Source: Squalus acanthias (Eukaryota). Taken from it: a DNA stretch of 64,000 nucleotides. Position numbers and translations under genes: made by a program. The DNA is taken from contig CM059425.1 in NCBI GenBank assembly GCA_030390025.1, forward strand, positions 175,772,001-175,836,000. The letters are read 5' to 3'. Shown here one piece after another: positions 51,859 through 64,000 of the stretch (positions within the stretch are counted from its first letter, which is position 1; each line of letters starts with the position of its first letter). Under the pieces are notes generated by a model. That model made no database searches. It was given only the letters and a program-made list of their open reading frames with translations, and was not told the DNA's origin.

Positions 51859-54800
51859 CCTGAAGGTAGCAGGACAGGTACTTAAGGTGGTTAAGAAGGC
51901 ATACGGGATAATTTAGTTTATTAGCTGAGGCATAGAATATAAGAGCAGAGAGGTTATGCCAGAAGATTGGATAGGCTGGAGTTGTTTTCTTTGGAACAGG
52001 GGAGGCTGAGGGGAGATTTAATTGAGGTGTATAAAATTATGAGGGGCCTAGATAGAGTGGATAGGAAGCACCTATTTCCCTTAGCAGAGAGATCAATAAC
52101 CAGGGGGCATAGATTTAAAGTAATTGGCAGAACGATTAGAGCGGAGTTGAGGAAAGAAAATTTCACCCAGAGGGTGGTGGGGGTCTGGAACTCACTGCCT
52201 GAAAGGGTGGTAGAGGCAGAAACCCCCATCACATTTAAAAAGTACTTGGATATGCACTTGAAGTGCCATAACGTACAGGGCTACAGACCAAGAGCTGGGA
52301 AGTGGGATTAGGCTGAATAGCTCTTTTTCGACCGGCGCAGACATGATGGGCTGAATGGTCTCCTTCTGTGCTGTAAATTTCTATGAGTTCTATGATTCGA
52401 TGCCTCACATTCATTGCTTCACCTCACTCTAACACGCTTAGCACTGCTGCAAGCCTCACACCCAGGTCTCACAGCTGGCACACACTGTCAGCTATTCAGC
52501 CATGATAGGCACATCACCCAATCACTCACTGACACACTGCCCTCTCTTTTGCAGGACAAGTTGGCGCATAACCCTAGTCAGCAGGAGCTAACCGGCGGGG
52601 GACAGGCATGGTTGCATGACCTTACCCTGATGGAGGAGACGGTGGTTGCCATCATTGGAGTGTCCATCGCTGAGGTCATGGCTAGCGGCAGGGCTGAAAC
52701 CATCGAAGATAACGGTATCCTCATACCTAATTCTCCTTCTCACATCCCACTTCCCCCTCATCCCACAATGCCTTTTGACTTTAAAGCTGCAGATGGTGTA
52801 AGCATGCACCTCTTACTTTCCCCGCTCCCTGCACTGCAACCCTACCCTTGAGCCTTACTCCTTTCAGATACCCAAGAACCGCAACCTGGCCAGGCAGTGG
52901 TGGAAAAGCAACAGGTGGAAAAGGAAGAAGACAGTGATGATAAAGACAAAGCGCTGTCACTCAATTTCACACTCACAGCCACCAGCTCAGATAGTGAAAC
53001 AGTGCATAATTTAGAGGATAGCTTAAAGGCAGGATCTGCATGTGGTGAGACTGCGGGCACGAGTGGCTTTCAGCCAGGGCAGGGGACAAGCAGCTGCCAG
53101 CTCAGCAGAGGGTGAGGTCGCACATGAGTTCTGTTGCAGAAGACTCAGATGAGAACTTCGATGGGGCGTGCTACAGATGAAGGCTGATGGGTATGCACAA
53201 TGAAATGCTTGGTGCCAGAATGCCTGTGTGCAATATCAAGAAGCATGGAGGAGTCCGGCACCAACTTGGCACAGGGCTTTCCGCAGAGCTTGGAGACCAT
53301 CCTTTCCAGCATGGAAGTGGTGGCCAAATCCATTAGCACACTTGTGGAACCAACCGTGATGCAGCGTCTGATGGCCGATGTCTCAGCTTCCATTGCAGCA
53401 CAAGCAGAAGCCACCCAACGTCTGTGTGCTCCAGTGGAAGCTCGGACTTCTGTCATGCAAGCTCAGACTGCTGCTATCATGGCTGCGAATACCAGTGTAG
53501 GGGCTTTCAGGGTGTCACAGCAGTTCAGCAACCTGTCCTCCAACAGATTGCTAGGAATGCTGAGGCGCTGCCCCGGGGGAGTGGCAGTGGCCCCGTGGAG
53601 CACGATCCTGCTGTCCTCTCTCAGGGTGACAGCTTCGTTCTCCCATTCCGCTAGTGTCCTTGCTGTTGCCTGTCAGCCAGCCAGCCCAAACTGCTGCCAC
53701 CCGTACCGAGGTGGTGCCATTGGAAGCCGAGCCCTCTAGGCCCAGAGCTACTCGAGGTCCTGCTGTAAGGCCATCTTCAGTCTCCCCCACTGAAAGTCAG
53801 CAGCCTTCCACCAACCATGCTGCAACCACTAGGGTATCACTGTGTAGGAGCAGTAGGACAGGCAAAGGCACACGGAAGACAGGAACTAAGGAAATATACA
53901 AGGGTGATTTGTTGACTTTTAATATGCAATATGGCAGTTTGATTTATAAATTTGTTTTGGAATGTTTATTTTGTGTTGGTTTTATTTTTGCATTTTGGCC
54001 AATGGCATGATTGTTAGTAACAGAGGGAAGGTAAAGTGTGGGACTATTGGTGAATGTGGAATTAGGGTTGCATTTACTGGTATTGCAGCTGGATGAGTGG
54101 GTCATGGACAGCCCGGCCGATAAGGAGCTGTATAGGTTGTCTCCTCCCTTCCTCTTCCACCTTCTCCTCTTCCTCTTCCTCTTCCTCCTGTTCCTCCTCC
54201 TCCTGCTCCTCTTCCTCTTCCTCTTCCTCCTGTTCCTCCTCCTCCTGCTCCTCAGCTGGTTGCTGTATAGCTGGTGGCAGGGGTTGTGCCCCCATGATGG
54301 CGAGGTTGTGCAGCATGCAGCAGACCACCACGAATCTCGACACCCACTCTGCTGAGTACTGCAGGGCTCCTCCAGAGCGGCTCAGGCAGCGGAAGCAGGC
54401 TTCAGCACACCAGTGGTCTGCTTGATGATATTTCGTGTGGCAACATGACTTTCCTTGAATGAATGATGCCCACGTGTGCATGGGTTGTGCACCAGAGCGA
54501 TGAGCCATGTTGTTAACAGAGAGCCCTTGTCACCCAATAGCCACCCTCTGGTTTGTCGTGGTGGCTCAAATGCAGATGGCATAGCGGACTGCCACAGAAT
54601 GAAGGCATCGTGCCTGGCATTCACCTGCATGATTTGCTGAGTATGGTCGCACACCAGCTGGACATTGAGGGAGTGGAATCCCTTTTGGTTACGGTACATC
54701 TCAGAGTTTACATGCAGCACCTGCAAAGCAACGTGCGTGGAGTCAATGGCATCTGCTCCATGGGGAAGCCCTCGCGAAGCCGCATGCTCGCTCCACCTGC

Positions 54801-56644
54801 TGCTCTCTGGTCAGAGAGAATGAAATGTATTCACTCTATTGGAATACAGAGCCTCAGTGACCTCCCTTATGCAACAGTGCACAGCAAAGTGGGAGATGTT
54901 GCAAATATCTCCTGCTCCAGCCTGGAAGGAGCCCAATGCATAAAAGTTCATGGTCACCGTCAGCTTCACAGTCTCTGGCAATGTGGACCTCGCCTTGCTC
55001 TGAGGTTGCAGTTGTGGCTGTAGCAGGTGGCAGATTTCAGTGAGCACATCTTTAGTGAAGCACAGACGTCTGACACATTGTTCCTTGCTGAGGTTCAGGG
55101 AGGAGTATTGCTCCCTGAACACCCTGGATGGATATGGTCTCCTGCTGAGAGCCCTTCCCCCTCATCTCCTCCTCCCTCTGCCAGCAGCTTGTCCTGCTCT
55201 GTGTCACCTCTGCTCATTCTCCCTGTCATGCTGTAGACCAAGTGGAATGCCTACTACTGCACTGTCTGGGAGCAAGTGGTCTGTGCAGAATCCTTGAAGT
55301 CGGGACAAAATCCTTCAGCACCTATCACATCACTCCCTGTAGACTTTAGCAACTTTAAAGAACTCTAGAAATCACCAAACACTTCAACAAACGCAGCAAC
55401 AGCCAGAAGAAATCAATCAGCAACTAACGTAAGTAATTGATGATCCCTTTAAATAGACCTGGTGGGGGGAGGGGGGGGGGGGGGGGGGTCCTTCCTGCTG
55501 CTGAATGTGTGTTCAGCTGTGCGAGCTGGAGGGTGTTAGCTGGAGCGCTGAGCTCTAAAATGGCAGCGCTGGCGTCAAATCATTACATGCTGATTAACGT
55601 CATGATCTGCCTACTCTGCATAGTTCCGGCGGACGCTCACTGCGCCCGCACTAACGCCCTCACCAGGATGGCATCCATCGTGACTCGCACCAGAAGTATG
55701 CGCGCGGCGCAGATGGCATTTTGGATCAAAACGGCACTCGTAGCACCGAAACAGCGGGCGCTAAGGAACAGATTTTTGCGGCCCAGGTTTCTGTCCCCTT
55801 TACACTGCCTGGAGGTTTCTGGAATTTTCCAATGTATTTAATATGTGGATTTTAAAATATAATGAGTGATTTACTTCAGTAAACTAAGGACTAAGTTAGT
55901 TACTAAATGTTTAAAAACATTGCGCATATTATGTCATGTCACTTCCTGTGTCACATTGTACCTCATCCAAATTTTGGTGTCACACTTGAAGTTGATTGGC
56001 TGAAGTTTTGCATTCATAAAACATTCATAAAATCTCAACTGAACAGAGATGACCAGATGGCAATTAACTCACCTGTTACATTGGAGTTAACTCAACGACT
56101 AAATGTTTTGGTAGAGTATCTGTTTAACATGGATTTACTTGCAAGCCTCTCATTAACTTGCTTATTCTTGATGCTGGCAGGGGAGGTCTACCCAGGAGCT
56201 CAGACTTACCAGCCACTCCATCAACTACCAGCCAGGCTCTTTCACTAATAGCACATGAAAGATTTGAGTAATAAACTATTTAATAGCATTGATGCATTTC
56301 TTAACTTCTCCTTTCCCATGTGCTACTCAGCTGTATATTTCATTCTTGCTCATGGGAAAACAAGAATCAAAGTTCAAATGAATCATTACACAAAGCAATA
56401 CCAGAATTAACCAAGAAATTAATTTGAAATTTAAAATAACTGCAGAAATAGGTGATCTGTATAATGTTTTAATTTAATTTGACATTTAATCCGCCATTTA
56501 ATGTAATTATCATCTCAATATATTATCTTTGCTTCTGATTTCAAAACTCAGAGGCTGATTATATATATTTAGAGTAAATGCTTGCTTCTGATGCCTTTGG
56601 ACTCATAAATCAACCTTTCAAAATCTGGAAATGGCCATTATATA

Positions 56645-58310
56645 GGATTACATAGAATTACGTAGGATTACATAGGATATACGGCACAGAAACAGGCCAT
56701 TCGGCCCAACCAGTCCATGCCGGTGTTTATGCTCCACTCGAGCCTCCTCCCGTCTTTCCTCATCTAAATCTATCAGCATAACCCTCTATTTCCCTTCTCC
56801 CTCATATGCTTGTCTAGCCTCCCCTTAAATGCATCTATACTATTTGCTTCAACCACTCCCTGTGGTAGCGAGTTCCACATTCTCACCACTCTTTGGGTAA
56901 AGAAGTTTCTTCTGAATTCCCTATTGGATTTCTTGGTGATGATCTTATATTGATGGCCTCTAGTTATGCTCTTCCTCACAAGTGGAAACATTCTCTCTGT
57001 ATCCACTCTATCAAAACCTTTCATAATTTTAAAGACCTCTATTAGGTCACCCTTCAGCCTTCTTTTTTCAAGAGAAAAGAGACCCAGCCTGTTCATCCTT
57101 TCCTGATATGTATACACTCGCATTTCTGGTATCATCCTTGTAAATCTTCTCTGCACCCTCTCCAGTGCCTCTATATCCTTTTTATAATATGGCGACCAGA
57201 ACTGTACACAGTACTCTAAGTGTGGTCTAACCAAGGTTCGATACAGGTTTAGCATAACTTCCCTACTTTTCAATTCTATACCTCTAGAAATAAACCCTAG
57301 TGCTTGTTTTTTTTTATGGCCTTGCTAACCTGTGTTGCAACTTTTAGTGATTTGTGTATTTGTACTCCGAGATCCCTTTGTTCCTCTACCCCACCTAGAC
57401 TCGCACCCTCCAAGTAATAAGTGACCTCCCTATTCTTCCAACCAAAATGTAATACCTCACGTTTATCTGTGTTAAATTTCATTTGCCAATTATATGCCCA
57501 TTCTGCAAGTTTATTAATGCCCTCCTGTAACTTGTTGCAGTCCTCCTCAGTATTGACTACCCCCCCCCCCCCCCATTTGGTGTCATCCGCAAATTTAGAA
57601 ATTGTGTTTTTGATTCCAAAGTCTAAATCATTAATATAAATTGTGAACAGCAGTGGTCCCAGCACTCACCCTTGTGAAAAATCACTACCCACCTTCTGCC
57701 ACTGTGGCTAGCTACCCTTTACTCATACTCTCTGCTTTCTGTCTTGAAGCCAGCTAGCTATTCATTCTGCTACTTGTCCTCTGACTCCGCATTCTCTGAC
57801 CTTGTTCATCAGTCTATTATGGGGTACCTTATCGAAGACCTTTTGAAAATCTAGATTGATTTCATCTACTGCATTACCATTGTCTACTCTCTCTGGTACC
57901 TCTTCAAAAAATTCAATAAGGTTGGTCAAGCAAGACTTTCCCTTTTGAAATCCATGTTGACCATTCATTATTTTATTTTTGGTTTCTAGATGTTCTTCTA
58001 TTTTCTCCTTTAGTAGGGATTCCATTATTTTTCCGACCACCGATGTTAAGCTGACTGGTCTATAATAACCTGGATATGTTCTATCCCCCTTCTTTAATAT
58101 CGGTATTATGTTAGCTATCCGCCAGTCCTCTGGCACTACACCTTTTTCTAACGAATTATTAAATATGTGTAGTAATATCTCTGCTATCTCTTCCCTAGAT
58201 TCTTTTAAAATGTGTGGATGCAATCCATCCGGACATGGGGTTTTATTCTCTTTGAGTTTGATTAGTTTATTTATAATATCCCCTCTTTTTATTTTAAATG
58301 CACTTATCTC
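56645..58310 (-). mobile_element. CR1 LINE, 5'-truncated RT region
   Basis: YRPVSLTSVVGK, SCLTNLIEFFEE, SKFADDTK, LVRPHLEYCVQFWSP; tail at ~56645-56675. Confidence 0.92.
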
Positions 58311-58527
58311 ATTACTAATGATGCTAGTGAACTGAAGTGTACAAATCTGCTGGTTAATTTTTCATTTACAGAGTCAGATTAATGTTCTTGGCTGTTAGTT
58401 GACTAGTTAAGTGGCTGTTTATCAACTTCAGAGATGTAAAACGCACACTATTTCGGATGATTCATGATTGCCTAGGATTCTGGCACTGAGATCTATGAAA
58501 TCCTACAGAGGCAACTCATGCTGCTGC

Positions 58528-59408
58528 AAAAGGCCACCAGCAGTGAAGGCCACCAGCAGTGAAAGGTCACCAGCAGTGAAAGGTCACCAGCAACGAAAGG
58601 TCACCAGCAACGAAAGGTCACCAGCAACGAAAGGTCACCAGCAGTGAAAGGTCACTAGCAACGAAAGGTCACCAGCAACGAAAGGTCACCAGCAGTGAAA
58701 GGTCAGCAGCAACGAAAGGTCACCAGCAACGAAAGGTCACCAGCAGTGAAAGGTCACCAGCAGTGAAGGCCACCAGCAGTGAAAGGTCACCAGCAGTGAA
58801 TGGTCACCAGCAACAAAAGGTCACCAGCAATGAAAGGTCACCAGCAACAAAAGGTCACCAGCAGTGAAAGGTCACCAGCAACAAAAGGTCACCAGCAACG
58901 AAAGGTCACCAGCAACGAAAGGTCACCAGCAGTGAAAGGTCACCAGCAATGAAAGGTCACCAGCAGTGAAAGGCCACCAGCAACGAAAGGTCACCAGCAA
59001 CGAAAGATCACCAGCAACGAAAGGTCACCAACAACGAAAGGTCACCAGCAGTGAAAGGCCACCAGCAACGAAAGGTCACCAGCAGTGAAAGGTTACCAGC
59101 AATGAAAGGTCACCAGCAGTGAAAGGTCACCAGCAACAAAAGGTCACCAGCAACGAAAGGGCACCAGCAGTGAAAGGTCAGCAGCAACGAAAGGTCACCA
59201 GCAACGAAAGGTCACCAGCAGTGAAAGGTCACAAGCAGTGAAAGGCCACCAGCAACGAAAGGTCACCAGCAACGAAAGGTCACCAGCAACGAAAGGTCAC
59301 CAGCAGTTAAAGGTCACCAGCAGTGAAAGGCCACTAGCAGTGAAAGGTCACCAGCAGCAAAAGGTCACCAGCAGTGAAAGGCCACCAGCAGTGAAAGGTC
59401 ACCAGCAG
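58528..59408. repeat. Minisatellite, 17-bp unit gaaaggtcaccagca(gt/ac), about 52 copies
   Basis: Direct tandem repetition with two interspersed unit variants. Confidence 0.97.
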
Positions 59409-62400
59409 CTTCTGTTAAAATGAAAGCAAAATGGGAAGATTCACATCTGTTTCTAAAGCAGAAAATGTAACCTAGGCTATATTAAATAAAAATATAGAAA
59501 TGTTTGGGCTCCCATTTTTTGATAGTTTGACCTGTGTCTCTTGCTTTGCAGAGATATAACCATTGTCTTTATATCTTAAGTAGATCTTTAATGCCTCACG
59601 AAGATATAAATTTCCTGCCCTTGCCTCAGATTAATCATAAGGGTCTGGCCTCCAGAACGCATGGAAATAAAAATTGGGAGCGATGTAAAACAGGCTGCCG
59701 ATTCGCTACCACCCGTTTTACACTACCGCACAAAGTCAAGGTTACCCCAATGGTGTGCAGCAGTGTGCTTTTTTGGACTGAGACACCAGCTGTGTGATGA
59801 GAGCAAATGCATGTTTTTCCTGCCACAGACAGCAAAAGAGAAATAAACCAAAAGGTTTGCTTTCCACTGTGGTTCATCTCTTAGCTCCTTTCCTTAATAT
59901 CAATTAAATGGCCTACAGTGGAAAAGCGCATTTTTTCCTTTTAATTTCTTGAATGCTATGCTCTCTCTGGAACACAAATAACATGTCAGCTATTTTTATA
60001 AGGGCAGCATCTGCTGAAAAGGTGATTGTTCAAACCTTTTTAGTTCAGGGTTGAAAAAGAGCCGGATGATACACGTATCACTTTTACCCTCCTGGTGCAG
60101 AGCAGTGCATATTGGAGTACTCAGCATGTTAGATAGCTTATTTGGAACAGGCCCTTCAGGAAAGTTGTGCTTTAAAAATTATGCATTTTACTCCCAGGCG
60201 GCCTTCTTCTTAAAGGGCCATTCTTACTTTCTAGACCACCTACTATGAGGACTCCAATGATCAATTCCTCAAAGGGGACTTTATGTCCCATGGAATCACC
60301 AAAAAAAGGCAACATTTCAAGGTGAGCCAGCAGCCCTTTACTTACTGCTGTTTGCTGATATTCTGGCCCCTGACTCCTGGGTGCTCCCAGCTCATCATGC
60401 ACTACGTGCTGAGAGTGCCACAACAATATTGAAATGAGCCGACCCTGCATTGTGGTGTGTGCTCGGCTCACTGCAGTGTAGGTGCACACAGCACCCGAGC
60501 AGCAGTAGACCTGGCGGTGCTGTGCTGGGACACTCAAAACTGTGCCCTTTGCACTTAGGGGAGCAAATATTGGATCATACCAGGGGAATGACCAGGATGA
60601 GAGCGAGTCAAGGTTTTACTGAGGACAAGGACATCAAAGCTGGAGGTGAGGGAATGGTTGAGTAGATCAATAGCTGCAGAAGTATCCTTAGTATTTTGCT
60701 GAAGTATATTTTATAACGATCTTGATTTCAGTTTTGATGTGTACTGCGTTCTAAAACAAAGTCCTGACTAATACTAACTAATGAGAGTGATTAACATGTA
60801 TAATACATAATCCCAGAGGCGTTTTGTAGAGACCTCCTCAGCACTCTTGCTAATACTGTGCTGGTATTGATTTCATTTTATTTTATCACAGTTGTTTGAC
60901 AAAACATCTAAGTAAAACAGAAAGGGCATGCTACAGGAAAACTTAACTTACATCATCCAATTATCCAAAACGCACAGAACAATTATTACTCATTATTGAA
61001 AAAAGCAAAGACGTGTTTTATTCTCTACCGTGAAATCCCTCAGACGCAAACAGAAAACAAATCACCAAACAAGCTAATTAGATACAAAAGTAAGATTTAA
61101 AAAATCACATTGTATTGATTTTAATAATGTGCTAATTGGCAAGAGGAGCAGCACTGCGCCTCCGGGCCCCACAAAGCACGTTTGGGCTGTTGCTGCCCCA
61201 GGCTCCTCCCCGCTTCCAGTCCACGGAACCCTCCCACGATTTTCCTGACTGCCGCCAGATCTGGCAGCTGACTGGCGGATGTTAATGAGGCTTGGCCATT
61301 GAACTGGACTGGGCCGCTCACTGCAGCTCCTGGGCTGGAGCCCCACATGACTCACCGACCTCCCACCCAGGCATTAGACTTTTTCCTTAAATTCTTTAAT
61401 TACTTTTTGTATTGTGCTTTTCAAAATGAGGAATGCTGGAGAACTGAACACTTAATCACTTTTGTCACTCAGTTTCAGTATCAATTATTCTTGGATCAAG
61501 TATAAGGCAGTCAGATTTAGAATTCCCTGTGCTCTGTCCCATCAGTATACCTTAACTGAACTCAGAAAAGTATTCCATACCACACCAGTGTGATTTTTTT
61601 GCATTTCACACAACAGCTATCCTTATTGCAACTCTGGAAGAAATTCTGAAATGAAAGAAAGATTTGCATTTATATGCAATTCTATGTAATTCTATATAGT
61701 GCCTTATTACATCTTTCAGAAATAATTCAAAGGTCTTCTGACACAAAGGCCCCGATATTTAAGGGGAGGCGGGGAGGGTGCAGGGCAGGCCGAGAATGGC
61801 CAAAGAAACCGGCAAGGCTTGGGACATGGAGGTCCTGCCGAACTTAACGGCAGGGCCTCATTGTAATTTTTTTGATTTGTTTCCTGCCCAGTAGCTGGAC
61901 AAATGGACAGCCTGGCTATGGTTGGGAGGGAAAAGTAACCATTACCAACAACTTGCATTGATATATTGCCCTTAGTGTAAAAGAACCATCTCCAGGTGTC
62001 TCACAAATGGAGATAAATAGAGCAAACAGATGCTGAGCCAAGGAGAGAGAGCTGAGAAGGTGAACGAAAGCTTGGCCAAAAAGATAAGTATTGAGAAGGT
62101 TTTTAAAGGAGAGAGAAGTGGAGAAGCAAAAGGGTTTAGCACTTTTCAGAGTGTCATTGAATATTACAGAACAGAAACAACCCACTCGACTAATCAAGTC
62201 TGTGCTACTGTTTTTCTCTACGGGCTGTCTTGTCTAATTCCACTCTCCTGCTCACTCTCTGTTAGAGCAGGACCCCAGAGGTCTGAGGCTACAGGCTCAG
62301 GAGCCAGGGGTTGACCTCAGCTGTGCTTCCACTCCCCACTGCCCAGATCCCACTTTCACCTCTGATCTCTCTGGCAATGTGAGGCTAATGAATGAAGGAG

Positions 62401-63848
62401 TGTCACCCATATAAAGAAACTGAAAGGGGATGAGTCAGAGGGAGCACATAATTTACCTTGGCTGCTCTGGTGAGGCCATTTAACTTCTTCTTGCATTGCA
62501 AAGGAGTCCTGGGATTCAAGGAGGTGGCACTCACTGCCATAGCCGCCTGCCCCCACAAAGTGCATAACACATTCTTTGTAGATTCCCTTCGCCCAACCCC
62601 AAACAACCCATCCCTCTTGCTACAATGACATATAAGGGTGCCTCCTGGGTTTGCCATTCATTTCTTTTGATCGCCCATGCTTCTCGCCCAGGATGTCTGC
62701 TTCCTCCTGCGCTGCCATTACACTTTTAAGCAGCAGCAGCTTTGATATCCTGTTGCTGTACTTGGGCTCTGCTTGTCCTCCAGGTATTTTCCCATCCTCC
62801 TTAATCCACTTCCCCACTTTCCAACCTATTTCATTCTCCTGCCCCTCTCTCTTACACTGTCTTACACTCTCTCTATTCCCCCACTTCCCTTCCCCTACAT
62901 CCTGCCCACTGCTCTCCATTCCTCCCTCTCCATAGCCCATTTAGGGCCTAATTCCTGTCTGTACTCCAGTTCATAGAATCATGAAATGGAGTACAGGGTC
63001 AGTGCCATGACCTGAAGGTGGGTGGAACTCCTCCAATGGCGCTGTTGCACATTGTTTGTATCAGACTCCTTTGTCTGCTTCTTTAACAGTCGCTAACCCA
63101 TTTATTTTAACTGGATTAACAACTTTGTTAAAAATAGCACACACAGAAATTTTAACACCTGAATATGTAGATGCAACCAGTGCAGGACCTCTGACTGGTC
63201 TTTTGGCAACATTTCCCTCTGTGTAACGTTAACATTTCGCAGTGTTCTGTTAAAAATTACAACTCTGGTACTATATTACTAAATTATAAAAATTGTAATC
63301 TAGTTATTGGTCACACTAAATTTATATAAAAAATGCCATCCTTCCAGACCATATGCAGCCCACGTTGCCATCTGCCAAGAGAGATCTGCTGGCTGGCTGG
63401 CTGGGGGAGGGGGTGAGTGCTGCACAGAGCACATTTTAAGTGGGGAATTTCCATGTTATCTGGGAGTCTTGCCATTGTGCTGTTACATAGCACAGCAGTG
63501 CCCAGCTGCTGCCGAGATCAGAGTGGTGAGATCGCTCCTACAACAGGAGGTATTAATGATTGAAACCGTAGTGAAAAATAAAGATAAATTAAACTTTAAA
63601 TGACAAAACTTAACTACCTACAATAAATTGAATTTAACTGAATATAAATGAGTAATTTATGTATGATGATTAAATACTGCGTAAATTTCTTAAGTTAATA
63701 AAACATGTTATAATTTGAAATGCATTGCAGCAGTGCATTCAATTTATTTTTCCATCAACAGTATTGTATTGACAATGGATATATTTCTCAGTGATTTGCA
63801 CATACAATTGCTCGCTGTGTTATAAGGTTCAGTCGTTTCCTTTTGAAG

Positions 63849-64000
63849 AGTAAAAACCATCCTCAGTATATCAAATGCACAAGTGATTCAGTGCCTGAGC
63901 CTCTACCTCAGCATATAGTGTGTTCCTACACTGACAGCAAGGGCACTTCATCCTTCATGGTTGACAGTCTCCAGGAGCAGCCTGCTCAGAGCACACAGAG
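63849..64000 (+). other. Possible host exon (weak)
   Basis: Pyrimidine tract and ag (gtttccttttgaag), then a frame open to the window end (SKNHPQYIKCTSDSVPEPLPQ...); no recognised homology. Confidence 0.15.

Larger units (their letters stand above)
29361..52400 (+). mobile_element. CR1 LINE A in three pieces (29361-29845, 40324-40979, 51859-52400)
   Basis: Frame rejoins across the insertions (EKILRDN/INCHLESHGLIKDSQH; agatc-cctg-aaggtag); CR1 tail at ~52380-52400. Confidence 0.9.
28700..55785 (+). mobile_element. Two-gene Harbinger split by a ~23-kb nested insertion stack (29361-52400)
   Basis: Myb exon 1 at 29011-29250 (RAPRFSDAA...RTWMQCRKKFSDL, gt donor); intron resumes at 52401; exons 2-3 at 52553-53910; transposase on - at ~55260-54074; end aacagatttttgcggccc. 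Left boundary approximate. Confidence 0.7.

Noticed and set aside
55920..56000. Host promoter (cacttcctg, gattgg motifs)
   Set aside because: Short motifs only, with no CpG island or linked exon.
59238..59423. Repetitive protein ORF
   Set aside because: Translation of the 17-bp minisatellite; the unit length is not a multiple of three.

Overview
Eukaryotic, transposon-saturated DNA, most likely from a shark or other cartilaginous fish (HE1/V-SINE-like SINE, abundant CR1, L2, Harbinger and Penelope elements). No host gene can be firmly supported. The main feature is an endogenous foamy-virus-like (spumaretrovirus-like) provirus at 40980-51858. It has two ~1.27-kb LTRs, a 4-bp TSD (CCTG), a tRNA-Lys1,2-type PBS, a foamy-type Gag capsid, Pol with DTG protease, YVDD RT, RNase H and integrase, and a PPT, but no env and no recognisable tas/bet. 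The provirus sits inside a ~23-kb nested stack (Harbinger > CR1 > CR1/provirus > MITEs, solo LTR, mini-Penelope, SINE). Also present: a two-gene Harbinger with TIRs, a Penelope element with an inverted pLTR and minimal hammerhead ribozyme motifs, a MITE family with conserved triple splice donors, and 47-bp and 17-bp minisatellites. All protein comparisons were made by eye against remembered family motifs, not by database search.
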